Part shown: positions 23,461-37,126 of the stretch, in pieces
Numbering within the stretch: the stretch's first letter is position 1
Layout of the letters: every line of letters begins with the position of its first letter
Assembly (NCBI GenBank): GCA_030704615.1
Contig: CM060733.1
Location: 38,440,001 to 38,504,000 of the forward strand
Direction: 5' to 3'
DNA: 64,000 nucleotides
Source of the DNA: Takakia lepidozioides
Taxonomy: Eukaryota; Plantae; Bryophyta
Notes under the pieces: model-generated
Databases searched by the model: none
What the model saw: the letters and a program-made list of their open reading frames with translations, nothing else
Told to the model about the DNA's origin: nothing
Made by a program: the position numbers and the translations under genes

Positions 23461-24618
23461 GGTCTCAGAAGACACATTCTAGAGTCAAAGATTGCTAGCA
23501 GACCCTTATCTGTCAAAAATCCCACTGAAATCAAATTCTTTTTGAGTCCTGGCACGTAAAGAACATTGGTGAGCTTCTTTATTTCTCCACGTGGATTACA
23601 TGGGCCTCTCCCCTTGCTGCCTTGACACTCTGAGATTCTATGACTGGTTGAACTTGATCTATGATACTTGCATTGTCTGTCACATGTTTTGTAGCCTGGC
23701 AGTATCAAGGAACCATGGTTCTCTATTGAAATCTGTCGAGAGATCAGCTGCAAGTGTCTCATCAAACATCTCTACTCCAGTCATTGAATCAGTAGTTGTT
23801 GTTGCTTGCTTGAAGCTATCTTCAGCGATGAAGGCTTGTGCAGATCCTGAAAAAAGTTGGGCAAGTTCCATAAAGGTTTGTGATGGTCCTGCAACATCGC
23901 GTCCAGACGATACATACATTCCTCTCCCATTACTAGGGCATTGCCTCCAGAAATGACCCGTTTTGCCACATTTGTGACAGGTGCCTCGAAACCGCCCGCC
24001 TCCTGAACGAGAGTTCCGTCTGAAGCAGGGATCGGAATTGACCACCAAAGCCTCCTCATCACGTAGTCCTTTGTTCTGACTCATGTACCTTGATTCCTCC
24101 AGAACTGAAGTCTGCAGCTCAACTCCTCGAAGGTTGGAAAATCTTTCTCAGCTGAGATGATCCGAACCAGCGTTCCAAAGCTCTCAGGAAGAACATTGAT
24201 AATCTGTTCGACTATCATGTGTTCTTCTGGAGTGTCTCCAAATTCTGCCAGTTGGTTGAGCTGATTTTTCACTTCGTGCAGAAAACTTCTCACAGTGGCA
24301 CCTTCCTCCATCTTGAGCTGCGAAAACTTGTTGCGCACCATGAGCCGCTTGGCGTTGTTTTTGATGTCATAGAACTTCATCAGAATCTCCCAACATTCTT
24401 TTGGGTCAGAAACATTGAGAATAAAAAAAATGACATGATCTTTGACAGAGAGTTTGATAATGGCAAGAGCCTTTCTCTTCATCTTTCTGAGGCGACCTGC
24501 ATCTTCAATACTCTCCTCATCTTCACCTTCTGAGTCGGTGGGAGGATCAGGATATCCCACAAGTCCTCATTCTCAAGGATAGTTTGGACTTTGAACTTCC
24601 AGAGAGAATTATAGTTAT

Positions 24619-25353
24619 GGGTGATTGCAGGCTACTATGGCTCAGAAAGGTCCCAGGGTGGCCTACACAAGAAGTCCCAAGGTTTTTTACAATTTTGATT
24701 TAATGATTATGAAAAATTTATGATCGCTAGATTCATCCATGCTGAAAGATACGGACCATCTAAAGTTGACAGTAACAGATATTATGGCATTATTTCTATT
24801 TTTCCTAGTAGCAGACATTATTTCTATTTTCTTGTTTTATTTCTTATTTTTCATATTTTCATTATATTGCATAGTGGGACTCAAACAACTCTTCATCTAC
24901 ATGAAATGTACCTTTTAGTGAAGCAAGTCCATTGTTTTATTTTGTTTCATGCGTTCATGTGCTTTGGCAAAAGTTAGTTTTTCGAGGCTCACAATAATAT
25001 ATAGAAGTAAGAATTTTTGATGGTCTCTATAGGACTTTAGTATCTTTAAGAGTAGAGCAATACTAATATGATCCCTTTTATTATATTTATTTTCTATAGT
25101 GAGTGCAAAAAGTCCATAACACCTTTGTTTATGGACTGTGACACTGTCATATGCACTTTTCTAAAGTCCAAATCAACTTAATTTCTTGGTGAGAATTTAA
25201 AGATTAGATTTTGTAGTAGTTGGAAACATAAGAGTGAGTCCCATTTCATCATTGTAATAAAAATTTGTCTCTAAGGTACAATTGAATCAAACTATGTAAT
25301 GTAAAACACGTGTTGTGACATAAAAATATAGTCACCATAACCTGCAATCACCC
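24619..25353. mobile_element. MITE, about 735 bp, inserted in copia gag
   Basis: TIR GGGTGATTGCAGG/CCTGCAATCACCC, flanked by TTAT on both sides; removal restores the gag frame. Confidence 0.8.
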
Positions 25354-25736
25354 TTATTCATCCCATCGAGCTTGTTGTGTTCAGACAGGGAGAATTCAAG
25401 GTTAGACATTGTAAGTCAAGATTAAAAAAATCTATAAGATAAGATCTGTGTTCTAAAACAAAATTCTAAAATGACAAGAATGAAATCAAGTTTCATAAAA
25501 AAAATGATCAAGATCTGCTTCAAAAAAAAAGATCGGAATAAGAGTTTCTCTGCTCGGCACGTTACTAGTTTATTGGAGACTTCTCAGCGATATCTGAACT
25601 TCTAGCGCAGTCATGGACTATTCTCACAAAATCAACCAGAGCACCGTGGAGCAATGCTCACACTATCATCAACCCACCAAGTGCAGTAGCGCTCACACTA
25701 AACAAGAGGACCCTTTGGGTGTGAACCCCTAACAAT

Positions 25737-25748
25737 GCTTTGATACCA
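25737..25748 (-). other. Primer-binding site (tRNA-iMet type)
   Basis: Minus strand reads TGGTATCAAAGC immediately after the LTR-terminal CA. Confidence 0.8.
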
Positions 25749-25879
25749 TGATAAAACACTGCACTACCAATCTACGCTATGTACTACTATGTTATCTAAC
25801 AGATTCCGAGAGAAGAAGTAATCAAACTCTAGAGGCAAAAGAATATATACTAATGCTAGTAATTCTAGGAAGACCCAAT

Positions 25880-28800
25880 AGCTCTGAAACCATTGGCTTC
25901 ATCAATATCTACGCACCTAACGATTCTATGGAGAGATAGATAATCTCTGGATCAAGCTCTAGTGTTATCACATGTCGCTGCACCAGGACATCAATAACTG
26001 GAACTTGGCTAGAGATTTTAACATGGTAGAGTTTGAAAGCGACAAATTGGGCAGAGGTTCGCATCACTCCGAGGAAGAGAAATCATGGTTGTGTCTAGCC
26101 CAGACTCACAGCTTGCTTGCCTGAAATCGACAGGCCTCCGCTTGATCCATCCGGCCCCAATTCTTTCTTCACCTGGACTAACAACAGAGATGTCAGCGAC
26201 CTTTGCATGGCTAGATTGGATCCATTCTATCTCCCTCTCACCTGCCACCTCCTCCTGCCCTCAAGAGCTTATCCCTCTGGGGTTTGATCATGCCCTGGTC
26301 TCTGCAACCTTGAAGCTACCTAACTCCCATCCCAGAGGACGGGGTATCTACAAGCTTAACTTGTTTAGCGATGCCCCAACGACCTCCAACCACCGCGATT
26401 AGCGATGGAAATACTCTAAGGCGCCGCCCGGTGCGTGCGGGGGGAATTTTGCGATCTCGGGAAGTCGCAGAGACGTTACTCTCGGAACGCCGCTAATTAG
26501 CGTCGTCGGGGAATCGCAAACCCCCCGGGACCCCCCCCCCCCCCCCCCCCCCACGACCTGCGACGCTGCGGCGCCGGCGCGACTTGCGACGTCTGGGCAT
26601 CGCAAAAATAATAAATAATAATAAAAATCTGCGACGTCGCAGTTTAGGGGGGTACATTTGATTTTAGGTGGGGAAAATTTGAATTTGAATTTGAAATTTG
26701 AAATTCAAAAACTAGTTGACCATTGACTTGGCGTTGACCATTGACTTCGGTTTTGTCCAATGGCAGTTCATACATTGTTCTACATATATTAGACAATGCA
26801 TACTTGAACCTAAGACCTCCATGTTATAGAACTTTTAAAACATTACACACTAACCAACACATCTACAATACATCTATGTATCACAAAAGCAGTCCAAGTA
26901 TATATATACATATCAAAAGTTAGCTCCTGGTGACTACCACTATCTCAATCCTATCATTGTGTTGTAGATTATGAGTACTCTGCAGGAGCTCTCACAGTTG
27001 GAACTTGCACCGATACTTGTCCCCAGAGTTCTTAAAAAACAAATATCTATCAAGGACCTAAGTTTTGCGAAGTTGCATTGCAACTTATTGTTGGACAATG
27101 GCTGTAGTCTAGGATGCCAAGCCCATTATGCTCTATAATCTATTCCCAGAACCAATTTTCTTCGACGCCCCCAGGATGCTGCGACGTTGGGGAATCGCAA
27201 CGGAGCGTCGCAGTGCCGCAGCCCCAGCGACGATGAAAAATCATTTTTTAAAAAATTATTTTAATTCCCCGTCGTCGCAGCAGCGCCCGACCGTCGCAAA
27301 AGCGCCACCGGGGCTGCAGCGTTGCAAAGCCTCATTGCGATTCCCAGCGTCGCAGCGAATTGGTGCGACGCCCTGACACCAAGGCGTCGCAACCCCCCAG
27401 CGTGCTGGTGGGGAAATGGGGTTAGGCCCCTTTCCGACGACGGCGTAGCATCGCAAGATGCCACAACGTCGTCCGAGCGTCGGCGTTGCTACGTCCCGAT
27501 ATTGCAATTCCCATGCCAGATGCCTATGCGACGCTGCAGTCGGAAGGGGGGTCGGCGCGCCCGGGGTCCCGACGTCGCTAACCCCCCTAAACGTAGTAGT
27601 GTCAGCTCTTTTGGGCCCAGATCTGCCTCCCTAAAAAGATGGGCGGTTTGGGAGTGTTGGACCCGGAGACACAAATCAAAGCACTTCTAGGAAGTGGCTT
27701 CTAATATACCTTGGCCTAGAAGGTGGCTGGTGGAAACTAATGGTATCCTCCACTATCTCCTCCTCCTCCCCTCTGCAACGCATTCTCTGGCCTGCCTCAA
27801 ATCGGTGGATACTTCAAGGTTTTAAATATAAATCTCCAGGCTCCCTCCTATGGAGATCATGGAACTGCCTCCGACCATTTCAAAAAACAAGAGCCCACCA
27901 CATTTCATAAAGTTCTGAGACAACATGTGTTTCTCAATTCTCCATCCCCCTCTTTGAAAGAACGAGGAGCTGCTAAGAGATGGACAGCATGGGAAACCAG
28001 AAGGTTCTCCACTGTTAAATATTTATGGGATAGCACTCCCCAATCCCTTCAGCTCGCTTTGGGTTCTATCCGCCTCCGCTCTGGAATTTCAGTCATCATC
28101 CAGTCCATCCCGGATTCTTGGAAACTGCTGGTTAAAGAAGGCCCAGCGTCTGAGTTTTTGCCAATGGATTCTTCCTCATGAACTCCCCATCCCTGCAGAT
28201 TCTCTATACATCGGAAGTCACTCAATCCTCCCATCTCAGGCTACTATTTCCAGGTAGATGACCTCTCAGACCACCTCTCTCTCGTAAGCCTCGAAACTAT
28301 ATCGCTGCCATTGGCCAATGCCACCCCAACTTGCATCTGCCACTAGTCCTCCCCGGAAAAGTTGTTCAACCCCACAGCTCCCAGAGGGACTCCAACTCTT
28401 TCCTGGCTGAAAAAAGAAACCTTAAATCCCTTCTTGGCAATACCAACATTGCATCTTTGCAGCTGGACCCGGCAGAATGGATGTGGGATTTCCAGGAGGA
28501 ATCCCTTCATTTTTTCTCCTACTATGCCAAAAGAGGTTATAGAGCAATGTTACGTGCTAGACCCCTCAGCTCAAAATGGAATGACAAATGGAGTCATGAA
28601 AACTTCAGGGAAGAGAATTGGAAAGTAATCTAGTCCCTTATACGGCAGAAAGCAAAACCAGCGAAGATTAGTGCATTTTTATGGCAGGTAGCCAACAGGG
28701 TTCTCAAGGTGGGCCAATATCTGATTTTTGATGAGGCTCTTCTCTGCCAATGCTGCTCTGTCCAGATCACATAATCTCTTGAGCACTGTTTTATCCACTT

Positions 28801-29800
28801 TGGGGCACCCCGTGTCATTTGGCCCTTGGATCAAGGTTTCTACAGAGTTTGGGATATCATGCTTTTTACCTCGGTAGCGATCCTCCTCAACTACAGTCAA
28901 GGTCTCAGACTGCCATGTTTTTGAAACTCCTAGAAGTTCTGTTCTTTGGAACCTGTGGAAAGGGAGATGTGCATGGGTCCTCAATAATGAAAACACCTCT
29001 GCAACAGCTCTCATGTCTATGGTTTTCTTTGATCTTACTGTGGCAGCTAAAAATGAGTGGGCTTCTCTGTGTGCAGCAGTTGTAAGAAAACCAGAACGCC
29101 AGCCTGCTCTTTTCCATGCCTTCCGAGCATCCTGGGGCAAGCATGGGATCATTTGTAGCTGCTCTAGAGATCTCACATGTTTATGGGCGGACAGAACCCC
29201 CACCTGCTGGCAGGGACACAGAGGTCACCTCTTCGGCTTCCCCAGAATTTGAGCGCTTCGATATTAATTGGAAGCACGTCGGGTCATCTTTGGCTGCGCG
29301 CCTTCACTTCCATCGCTGATCTTTCATTCTTTAATACCCACTGCATGCTCCAACCCCTTCTCTCTTCTTCTATTCACCCTTGCCCTTCTCCCTCCTACCT
29401 CCCGGTTCAGGCTACCCTTCGCCCTTCTTCGCTAGGGCTCACCGTTGCTCCGTTCCATCCGCCCTATGTTCCTGGCTCTTTCAAGGGCCCTAGCTTGTTT
29501 CTAGCATCCTAAGGTTATTGTGGGGTATTATCAATGCCCCTGTATGGCAGCATCCTGATTCAATAGGTTGCGGGCCCCTAGGTATTTCTTGTGATATCAG
29601 TTTTGCCTCCATCGTGTCTTCTTCTCAGTTACCGTTCATGAGTTATCCAGCACGGTCTGCCGTGAGAACATGGCTTATGGCAGCCCACGGGGAAGCAAGG
29701 GTTTTAATTTTTTTCCCTTCAATAATCTTGTTCATCCAGGCGGGCATCTCCCCTTCCCCCCCCCCCCCCCCAACAAAAAAAATAAAAAAAATAAAAAAAA
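25880..29800 (+). mobile_element. L1/Tx1-like LINE remnant: APE endonuclease and C-terminal region, RT deleted
   Basis: INIYAPN, W..ARDFNMVE, FTWTNNR, FDHALV; after 27602 WAQICLPKKMGGLGVLDP, AFLWQV..SLEHCF. A-rich tail at 29773-29800. Confidence 0.8.
26361..27601. mobile_element. CACTA remnant with only the right end
   Basis: Ends ..CGTAGTAGTG at 27601; dense GCGAC/GTCGC subterminal repeats; no left CACTA terminus. Confidence 0.65.
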
Positions 29801-29804
29801 TCTC

Positions 29805-30361
29805 TAACATTGAGTCTCATCCGCGGGATAGGATGTTTCATCCATGTAATACCTGGAGACAAAAGTGGATAGGGGAAAAGCGGAAATGGAACACGGGCGC
29901 AAGGAATGGGTGGACGCCACGTGGTGAAGTACTCGATTTGTTGGTTGTGGATGTTATCGATTTTGCAGACGTGGCAGCCCGGCCGCCTTCATTAAGTTTA
30001 GCCATAGCCGATAACTCTCTTGGCGAAACCCAGCGAGGGTGGCGAAACTGGGCGGGCGTGCGCTCCACCACGAGCGCTCTACCCCTCGTCTCTCTTGCTC
30101 TGTTGCTCACTAAACATTCTGCGCTTGCAGCTGTTGCTGCCTCACACCACAGCAGCTACAAGGGCGAGAAGGGGCGTCAGAGAGAGAGTGAGAGGGAGAG
30201 AGGACGTCTCTCATCCAACTCTTCTCTTTTTTTTCTTCTTTTTTTTCTTCTTTTTTTTCCCTTTGCCTTCTTCTGCTTCCCATGTTTTATAGTTTGGCAT
30301 AGTGTTGACCGTTGTGTCCAGAGAACTGGTTGCGAGGGAATTTTGCAGCGGGAGGAAGGCC
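29805..30361 (+). promoter_or_regulatory. EF-G promoter/5' UTR with G-box (29918-29923) and GACGTGGC (29968-29975)
   Basis: ACGT-core elements typical of light-regulated plastid-protein genes; function is inferred. Confidence 0.5.
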
Positions 30362-33300
30362 ATGGCGGCCTCAATGGCGCCGGCTAGCCAGCTTGGTCGG
30401 ATCTGCTCACCTTCTCATCCGTGCAGTCCCAGAGATGCGTCAGAAACATCTCGAAGGAGTAGTTCGGCGGCATCCTTTTCAGGCCTCAAGAGCGTCAAAG
30501 GCCTGCCTCTTTTATCTTCATTGGATTGCTTCCAGAAAATGGATGCATTGCGGAGGTCGGCGTTCTCAAGCTCATCGGTTGCGGGGGGCGGCCGGAAGGC
30601 TGTTGTTTGTATGGCCGCAGATGGTACGAGTTTGCTTTCGTTCATTTCACGTTTCTTAACTTCTCCGTTCCCGTTGGTAAATTTATTGTTGGGAAGATGG
30701 ATTCTTTTGAAAAGTAGCCCTGTAATCATCTACGGTCACTTGGTCATACACTTGGATAGCTTGGGGTTCCATGGTGCTCTGAGGTCACCTTCTACTCTCA
30801 TCTTTTAAGTTGCAAGATTATGTTTGTTTGGGAAAGGAAATTCGTGTAATTACACTTATTAGAAGTCAGGGAAAACAGTTGGGGTGGTAAGATTATGAGT
30901 GCCAGTAGAGTCCTGTATATACGACAGGGTTGATTCTGGCCAAAATACGAGCTGGAAATGGTTCAATGCGGGAACATCTGTGGAGATTCCTAGGCGATAT
31001 CCGTTGTTCAATGCACTCCGGTGACTGGATAACGTTTAATTGCGCATGTGTCCCAGATAGTTAACGCTGGGTGCTGGTCTGTGATGGCGATGTCCAGAAA
31101 AGAGGGAGGTGCCCTTGAAGGACTATCGCAATATAGGAATTATGGCGCACATTGATGCTGGAAAAACCACCACCACAGAACGCATTCTCTTTTACACTGG
31201 GAGAAACTATAAAATCGGTGAGGTCCATGAAGGCACTGCGACAATGGACTGGATGGAGCAGGTATTGCCTGTAGCGCTTCTGTTGTGAGGTTCAAGCAAT
31301 CCCTTCCGAGAGTCCTTGTTTTATAGCAGAAATCTCTGGTTTCTGTTTTCCATGGCAGGTCAGTTTGCCTTGCAATGTGATGCAAACCAGAAATTGCTGT
31401 GAAGTCAACCTATTTACGAGCACATCTCAAGTGAGCATGTATGTGTGGATGCCCAGGAGCAAGAGAGAGGCATCACAATTACATCTGCTGCAACCACAGC
31501 TAAATGGAAGGACCATCGCATTAACATCATCGACACGCCTGGCCATGTTGATTTTACATTAGAAGTCGAAAGGGCATTGCGAGTGCTTGATGGAGCCATC
31601 TGCCTATTTGATAGTGTGGCTGGAGTTGAGCCTCAGTCAGAGACTGTGTGGCGGCAGGCAGACAAGTATGGGGTGCCTCGCATTTGTTTTGTTAACAAAA
31701 TGGACCGCTTGGGTGCCAATTTCTTCAGAACCATAGACATGATCATCAGTAATCTGGGTGCAAAGCCACTTGTGCTTCAGGTAAGGGTTTTTATGTGTAT
31801 GCAGCATTTGCTATAGGGGTGAGGGAGGCTCCTGGAGGAGATTGAGAGGATATCTTTTTCTGTCCAGGTTTGTTGCAGGCCTTGAAGCTATATACTTTCC
31901 CATCAGTATCAATGGGGGATTCAGGAGGGAGGGAGGGAGGGAGGAAAAATGAAGAGGTTTGTCGGTGGGACCCCACCCTTAGCTGGAAGCCTACTGGATA
32001 AAGGCCCCAACAGCGTTCGAAAGTTTGTATATTAAGATGGATGTCATTGGAACTTCCACTCTGAGGAAGTTGGTGCCACCAAGCCTATTTTGAGCTATGG
32101 TTAATGTTGTAGATTCCGATTGGAGCTGAGGACTTGTTCCAGGGTGTGATCGATCTGGTGAGGATGAAGGCCATAATCTGGACTGGTGAGGAGCTTGGGG
32201 CGAAATTTGAGGACAGAGACATACCTGAGGACTTGGTTGATATTGCAAATGACTACAGGTCTGGATGGTGTTGCCAATCTATTGCTTTCTTTCTGTGACT
32301 TATGTCCGGCCAGCTGAAGTGCAACTTATGAGGGTCCGAGTCCTCGCATTTCAAGTCTTCACTCAAGTCGCGTCAGCTTATGGCCAGGGCTTTTGTTTCA
32401 TACGAGTGTTATCTAGTGACACGAGGTTTATGGTGTCTTTTGACTTTTGCAATGTAAGTAAGATAATCAATCAGTGCAGAAGGATGAATTGTAATTATTT
32501 CTTCAGCCGAGTGACCTTCCTACTCCAGTCCCGCCCGAACTTAGGACTAAACAATGCTGGATTGTGGCAGTCCAGATGCCTCACCCTACCAGGAAATAGT
32601 ACTTCTTCCTGCAAGGTCCTTTGCCTGTCTCTCCGTTCTGTCTTCTGTTCACTGCTTTGGCCTAAGCCTCTTTGTATGCTGACATGGTTAAGTTGATGGC
32701 CTGAATCTGTAGGGCTCAGATGATCGAAACCATTGTGGAGCAGGATGATGCTGCCATGGAGCAATACTTGGAAGGTGTGGAACCTGATGAAGCAACCGTG
32801 CAGAAACTGATTAGAATGGGAACAATCTCCCTCTCATTTGTGCCAGTGCTATGCGGGTCTGCTTTCAAGAATAAAGGTGTCCAACCCCTGCTCGATGCAG
32901 TAGTTGCCTACCTTCCATCTCCCCTGGACCTGCCTCCAATGAAGGGCTGTGACTTTGAAGATCCGGAGATTGCAATCGACAGGAAACCAAGCGACTCTGA
33001 ACCCTTCTCAGGGCTGGCCTTTAAGATTATGACTGACTCATTTGTCGGGTCACTGACGTTTGTCCGGGTGTATTCTGGATATCTGACTGCGGGCACCTAT
33101 GTTCTCAATTCCAACAAGAACAAGAAGGAGAGGATAGGGCGGCTGTTGGAGATGCATGCAAACAGTCGAGAGGATGTGAAAGTTGCCAGGACTGGAGACA
33201 TTGTTGCTCTTGCAGGTGTGATCTCTAGCCTTCTGTTTTTTTTCTCTCTCTCTCTCCAAACAAATTTAGGCACAAAACTTCCCTGAACTTACCCGGACCT

Positions 33301-36018
33301 GAAGAATGGTTAGGAAGGCCTACCTACCCTCGGCAATGCCTGATGTGCCGGCGGCCTGACTATCCATTTTCTGACAGTGTCCCTGGTATTCTCATCAGAG
33401 AACGACCCTCTTTAGGACCATCAAGAGGGACTCACTCTGGAGTATTGGATTATTTTGTCCTTGCAGGCCTGAAAGATACCATCACGGGGGAGACTCTCTG
33501 TGACCCAGAGAAGCCGGTGGTGTTAGAGCGTATGGATTTCCCAGATCCGGTTATCAAGGTGGCCATTGAACCAAAGACGAAGGCCGACGTGGACAAAATG
33601 TCAGCTGGGCTCATCAAGCTGGCGCAGGAGGACCCCTCATTCCACTTCTCAAGGGATGAGGAGACAAACCAAACAGTCATTGAAGGCATGGGCGAGTTAC
33701 ATTTAGAGATCATTGTCGACCGATTGAAGAGAGAGTTCAAGGTGGCTCCATAAATTCTCTGCACTTACATTCTTAATGTCTGTGTGTGTGAGGGAGAGAG
33801 AGAGAATGTACTCATGCCGTTCCCTGCGAGCAGTGGCTTGCCATAGCCTTATGGTCATTGACCCCGTGGGAAATTAACCCTCCCGGAGCCTTTTGTTGGG
33901 TTCACACCCACCAGACTTAGAGAGAGAGAGAGAATGTACTCATAAGATGCTGTTTGAGAGAGAGAGTAAGAGAGAGAGAGAAAGACTGTACTCATAATAC
34001 GTTGTTTTCCATAGCCTTCAGGCCATAGACCCGGCGCCCAGTTGGGTTTTTGAGAGAGAGAGAGGGAGATTATTTAACAAAGGTCTACTACTGAGTAAAT
34101 AGACAAGGACAATGAGACCACTACAAGTACTTCCTGGGACAGGTGTTTGTGCTCTCTTCTCTTGTCAAGGAATTTGTTTGTGGGTTTGCAAGTGGAGTAG
34201 GCTTGAACATTATTACATATGTACATACTGCGGCTTTTTTGGGGTATCTAGAGACAAACTGCTGTTCTGTTTCATTGTAAATCATGCAAGAACCTATCCT
34301 GCAGGTGGAGGCAAATGTTGGAGCTCCTCAAGTGAATTACAGAGAGAGCATTTCAAAGTTGTCGCAGATCAAGTACACCCACAAGAAGCAGTCTGGTGGC
34401 CAGGGTCAGTTTGCTGAGATTGAAGTTCGTTTTGAACCCTTGGAAGCTGGCAGTGGGTATGAATTCAAAAGTGAGATTAAAGGTGGCAGTGTGCCTCGGG
34501 AGTATGTGCCTGGTGTCGTCAAGGGGTTGGAGGAATGCATGAGCAATGGGGTATTGGCAGGATACCCTGTGGTGGACGTGCGAGCAGTGTTGGTTGATGG
34601 CTCCTACCATGAGGTTGATTCGAGTGTGCTGGCTTTCCAGCTTGCAGCCCGGGGGGCATTCAGGGAGGGTATGTCAAAGGCAGGACCGAGGCTGTTGGAG
34701 CCCATCATGAAGGTGATGTTATGTAACTTTGTTCACATCTTAATTACTTTAGTTTCTTCTTAGACATTGACAGCAGATTAGCTCATTAGTTCCATTGCAT
34801 GCTGGTCCTGCCAATGTCTCTCGTGTGTCGAACAATGGAATTTCCTAATATATTCCCAGGTGCATTTATGTGTCACAAATCCATGTCTACCGGATCTCAA
34901 TCTCTTAAGTTAATGTCTTTGCATGCAAGTATAGATGCTTCCTTCCACTTTTACAGCCTTCAATGATTATTACCTTACACAAACTCTTCTTGATCTGGAA
35001 TGCAGGTGGAGGTGGTGACACCTGAGGACCACATGGGCGATGTGATTGGTGACCTAAATTCAAGGCGAGGACAGATTAACAGCTTTGGGGACAAGCCTGG
35101 TGGCATGAAGGTAAGCCAGTCACGTGTTTCTCTCATGCTCTGACAAGAATGTCAGCGAATAGTGCAACTTAAGGTGTGTTGTAATAGTGCAAAAGGCTCT
35201 GTTGCCAGGCAGTTTATCTTTGCCTTCAATAGTAACCTGATCCGGCCATTAGTGGCAATAGGCTCATCCCCATGTTTCACTGAATGTCTAAGCGCTGGCA
35301 GCCAATGATTAGCAGTTTGAGTTTTTGGCACCAATAAAGATTGGTAGATTTGACTGTAGCTCTGGGCCCCATTTTACTTGCGTGGGGGAGTATATCAAAA
35401 TTGGAGTGTGGTGCTAGAACAAAGAAACCAGGGTCCTTGCTTTTAAGAACTTAGTGTCTGTTCAAGCGTATAAGGGTACAGAAAGAGGTTAGCCTCTGCT
35501 TTTCTAGCCTTGTGCCCAGGACCAGATTGCACCAAAAGAAAGGGAGAGAGGGTGGTACGTTCAGCAAGAGTCTTTAATTTGGAGAGCTTGACCTGTTGAG
35601 TTTATACTTGGTTTGGGACTCTGGATTCAATGCAGCCAAGGGACTAAATGAGTGCTAGCTCTTATCACCAGGGCAGGAGCTATCTAAGTGACAGGTCGCA
35701 GTTTGTATTTCACTTAGCACCAGTGTTTTGAGGTCTTTTCAGATTGTGGATGGTTTCGTATTTCAACCCCACTAGAACCTCGCAATGAGAGAGGAAGTTA
35801 TTGTGCAAGATTTTTTGAATAAGACATCTTGGTGTTCGTGGATTTGGCAGGTGGTGGATGCATTGGTACCACTGTCAGAGATGTTTCAGTATGTGAGCAA
35901 CTTGCGGGGCATGACAAAGGGCCGAGCCCAGTACACCATGCAGCTTTCCAAATTTGAAGTTGTTCCTCAACATATTCAGAACCAAATTGCTGCCAAGAAT
36001 CAAGCTGTTGCTGCATAA
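30362..36018 (+). CDS. fusA: Plastid translation elongation factor G (cpEF-G, SCO1-like), 784 aa, 9 exons
   Basis: Exons 30362-30623, 31098-31261, 31457-31780, 32113-32258, 32713-33215, 33467-33741, 34305-34712, 35006-35110, 35851-36018; all GT-AG, 2355 nt in frame. Ser/Ala-rich transit peptide, [31 protein letters not shown]. Confidence 0.97.
33790..34068 (-). repeat. Three short 3'-end copies of a (GA)n-associated LINE in EF-G intron 6
   Basis: (GA)n-ATGTACTCAT..GCCATAGCCTT..GACCCC units, same family as 40450-41910. Confidence 0.75.
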
Positions 36019-37126
36019 ACGACTCAGGTCATTCTACTTGTAGTGAGAAAGTTAGTTTGCCATGACATTATTTGATCCCGAATCTAAAGTCTAAGATGAT
36101 TGAGTCTCTCATGCCCTTTTCAAAGTTCTTTGGATTTCCCAAGGCAGACATGCTTTAGAATGAGTTGTAGTGCCTACTCTATAGACGTCACCCTGTGGGC
36201 AGTTGAGATTACGTGGCGGGTGTCAAACTGAATGCGACATTTCTCTCTAACTCAGATTTTGCAGCTGATCCAGTCTGGACTTGAGTGGTAGTAAGGAAGA
36301 GACCTTCCAGTAATTTATTCGGCAAACAAAATGGTCTAAAGCATTTGTCAGCCGTGTTCAGGCATGTACAGAGGGCGCAATAGTTGGCCCATCTTCTCAG
36401 AGTGCATGACTGGGAGGTATTGTAATTTTATGACTTCTACTCCATTGTTCACTGTTGCAGTGAAAAAAGAAAGAAACCTGGTTGTCTAGATGGTAGAAAA
36501 CTGAAATGTTTTTGTAAGTTATAGTTCAAAAACTAAAACTAAACAAGGTGACAATTTCATTGGCAATTTTGTTGTCCGTTGTCCACCTCGCATGAATCAC
36601 AGAAGACTGTATGCATGTAGTTTTGCATGGAAAAATGCCCAACGTGGGCATTGGCTCCAAAATCAAGGCAAGGTTCCTCATCACCTGCCAGGCCTTTTGG
36701 ACTGTTGGAGTTGTGATGCTGGTTAGATACAAATTTCACTTTATCTCAAAGCTAATACTTCATAACACTTGTACATTTGAAGTTATGCTCTGACATGAAC
36801 CTCAACTCAACTCTGACATAACTTTTGAACAAGTAATGTTCATAAAAATACTTCTGCTTTTGTAGGACAGCAAATGCTTTGAGGTAGGGGATTGGGAAAG
36901 CACCTGTGTTAAGATACCTCCTGGAAAACAGGTCTGTGCACATAAGGGACAAGAAACAGACTGCCATGATGACAATGCAAACACCCAAAGTTGAGAAGAT
37001 TTGTTCAGCATTCTCTGTAAGAGGAAGATCTGGAATATCAACTTTGCCAAAGTTAATTGTCGAGTTCCCCAATTAGTCTGGAGAAGGTGCTTGGTTTAAG
37101 CAAGGAAGAGTCATTCATTTCGTATT

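Larger units (their letters stand above)
23460..25860 (-). mobile_element. Ty1/copia LTR retrotransposon 5' remnant (partial LTR, PBS, gag, zinc knuckle, protease)
   Basis: MSNLEF..KLDGMNNYNSLWKFKV..DLWD (reconstructed across a MITE), UBN2-type gag 24081-24560, CHKCGKTGHFWRQC, WFLDTA, LTNVLYVPGLKKNLISV. LTR edge at 25749. Confidence 0.85.

Noticed and set aside
29518-30387. 289-aa ORF (and its 139-aa counterpart at 5395)
   Set aside because: Runs across the LINE tail, EF-G promoter and T-rich UTR; no protein features.
33290-33445. Hammerhead ribozyme in EF-G intron 5
   Set aside because: CTGATG is present but without the full CUGANGA/GAAA core and stems.
30362-36018. Bacterial fusA or organellar DNA insertion
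   Set aside because: Eight spliceosomal introns and a transit peptide show a nuclear gene.
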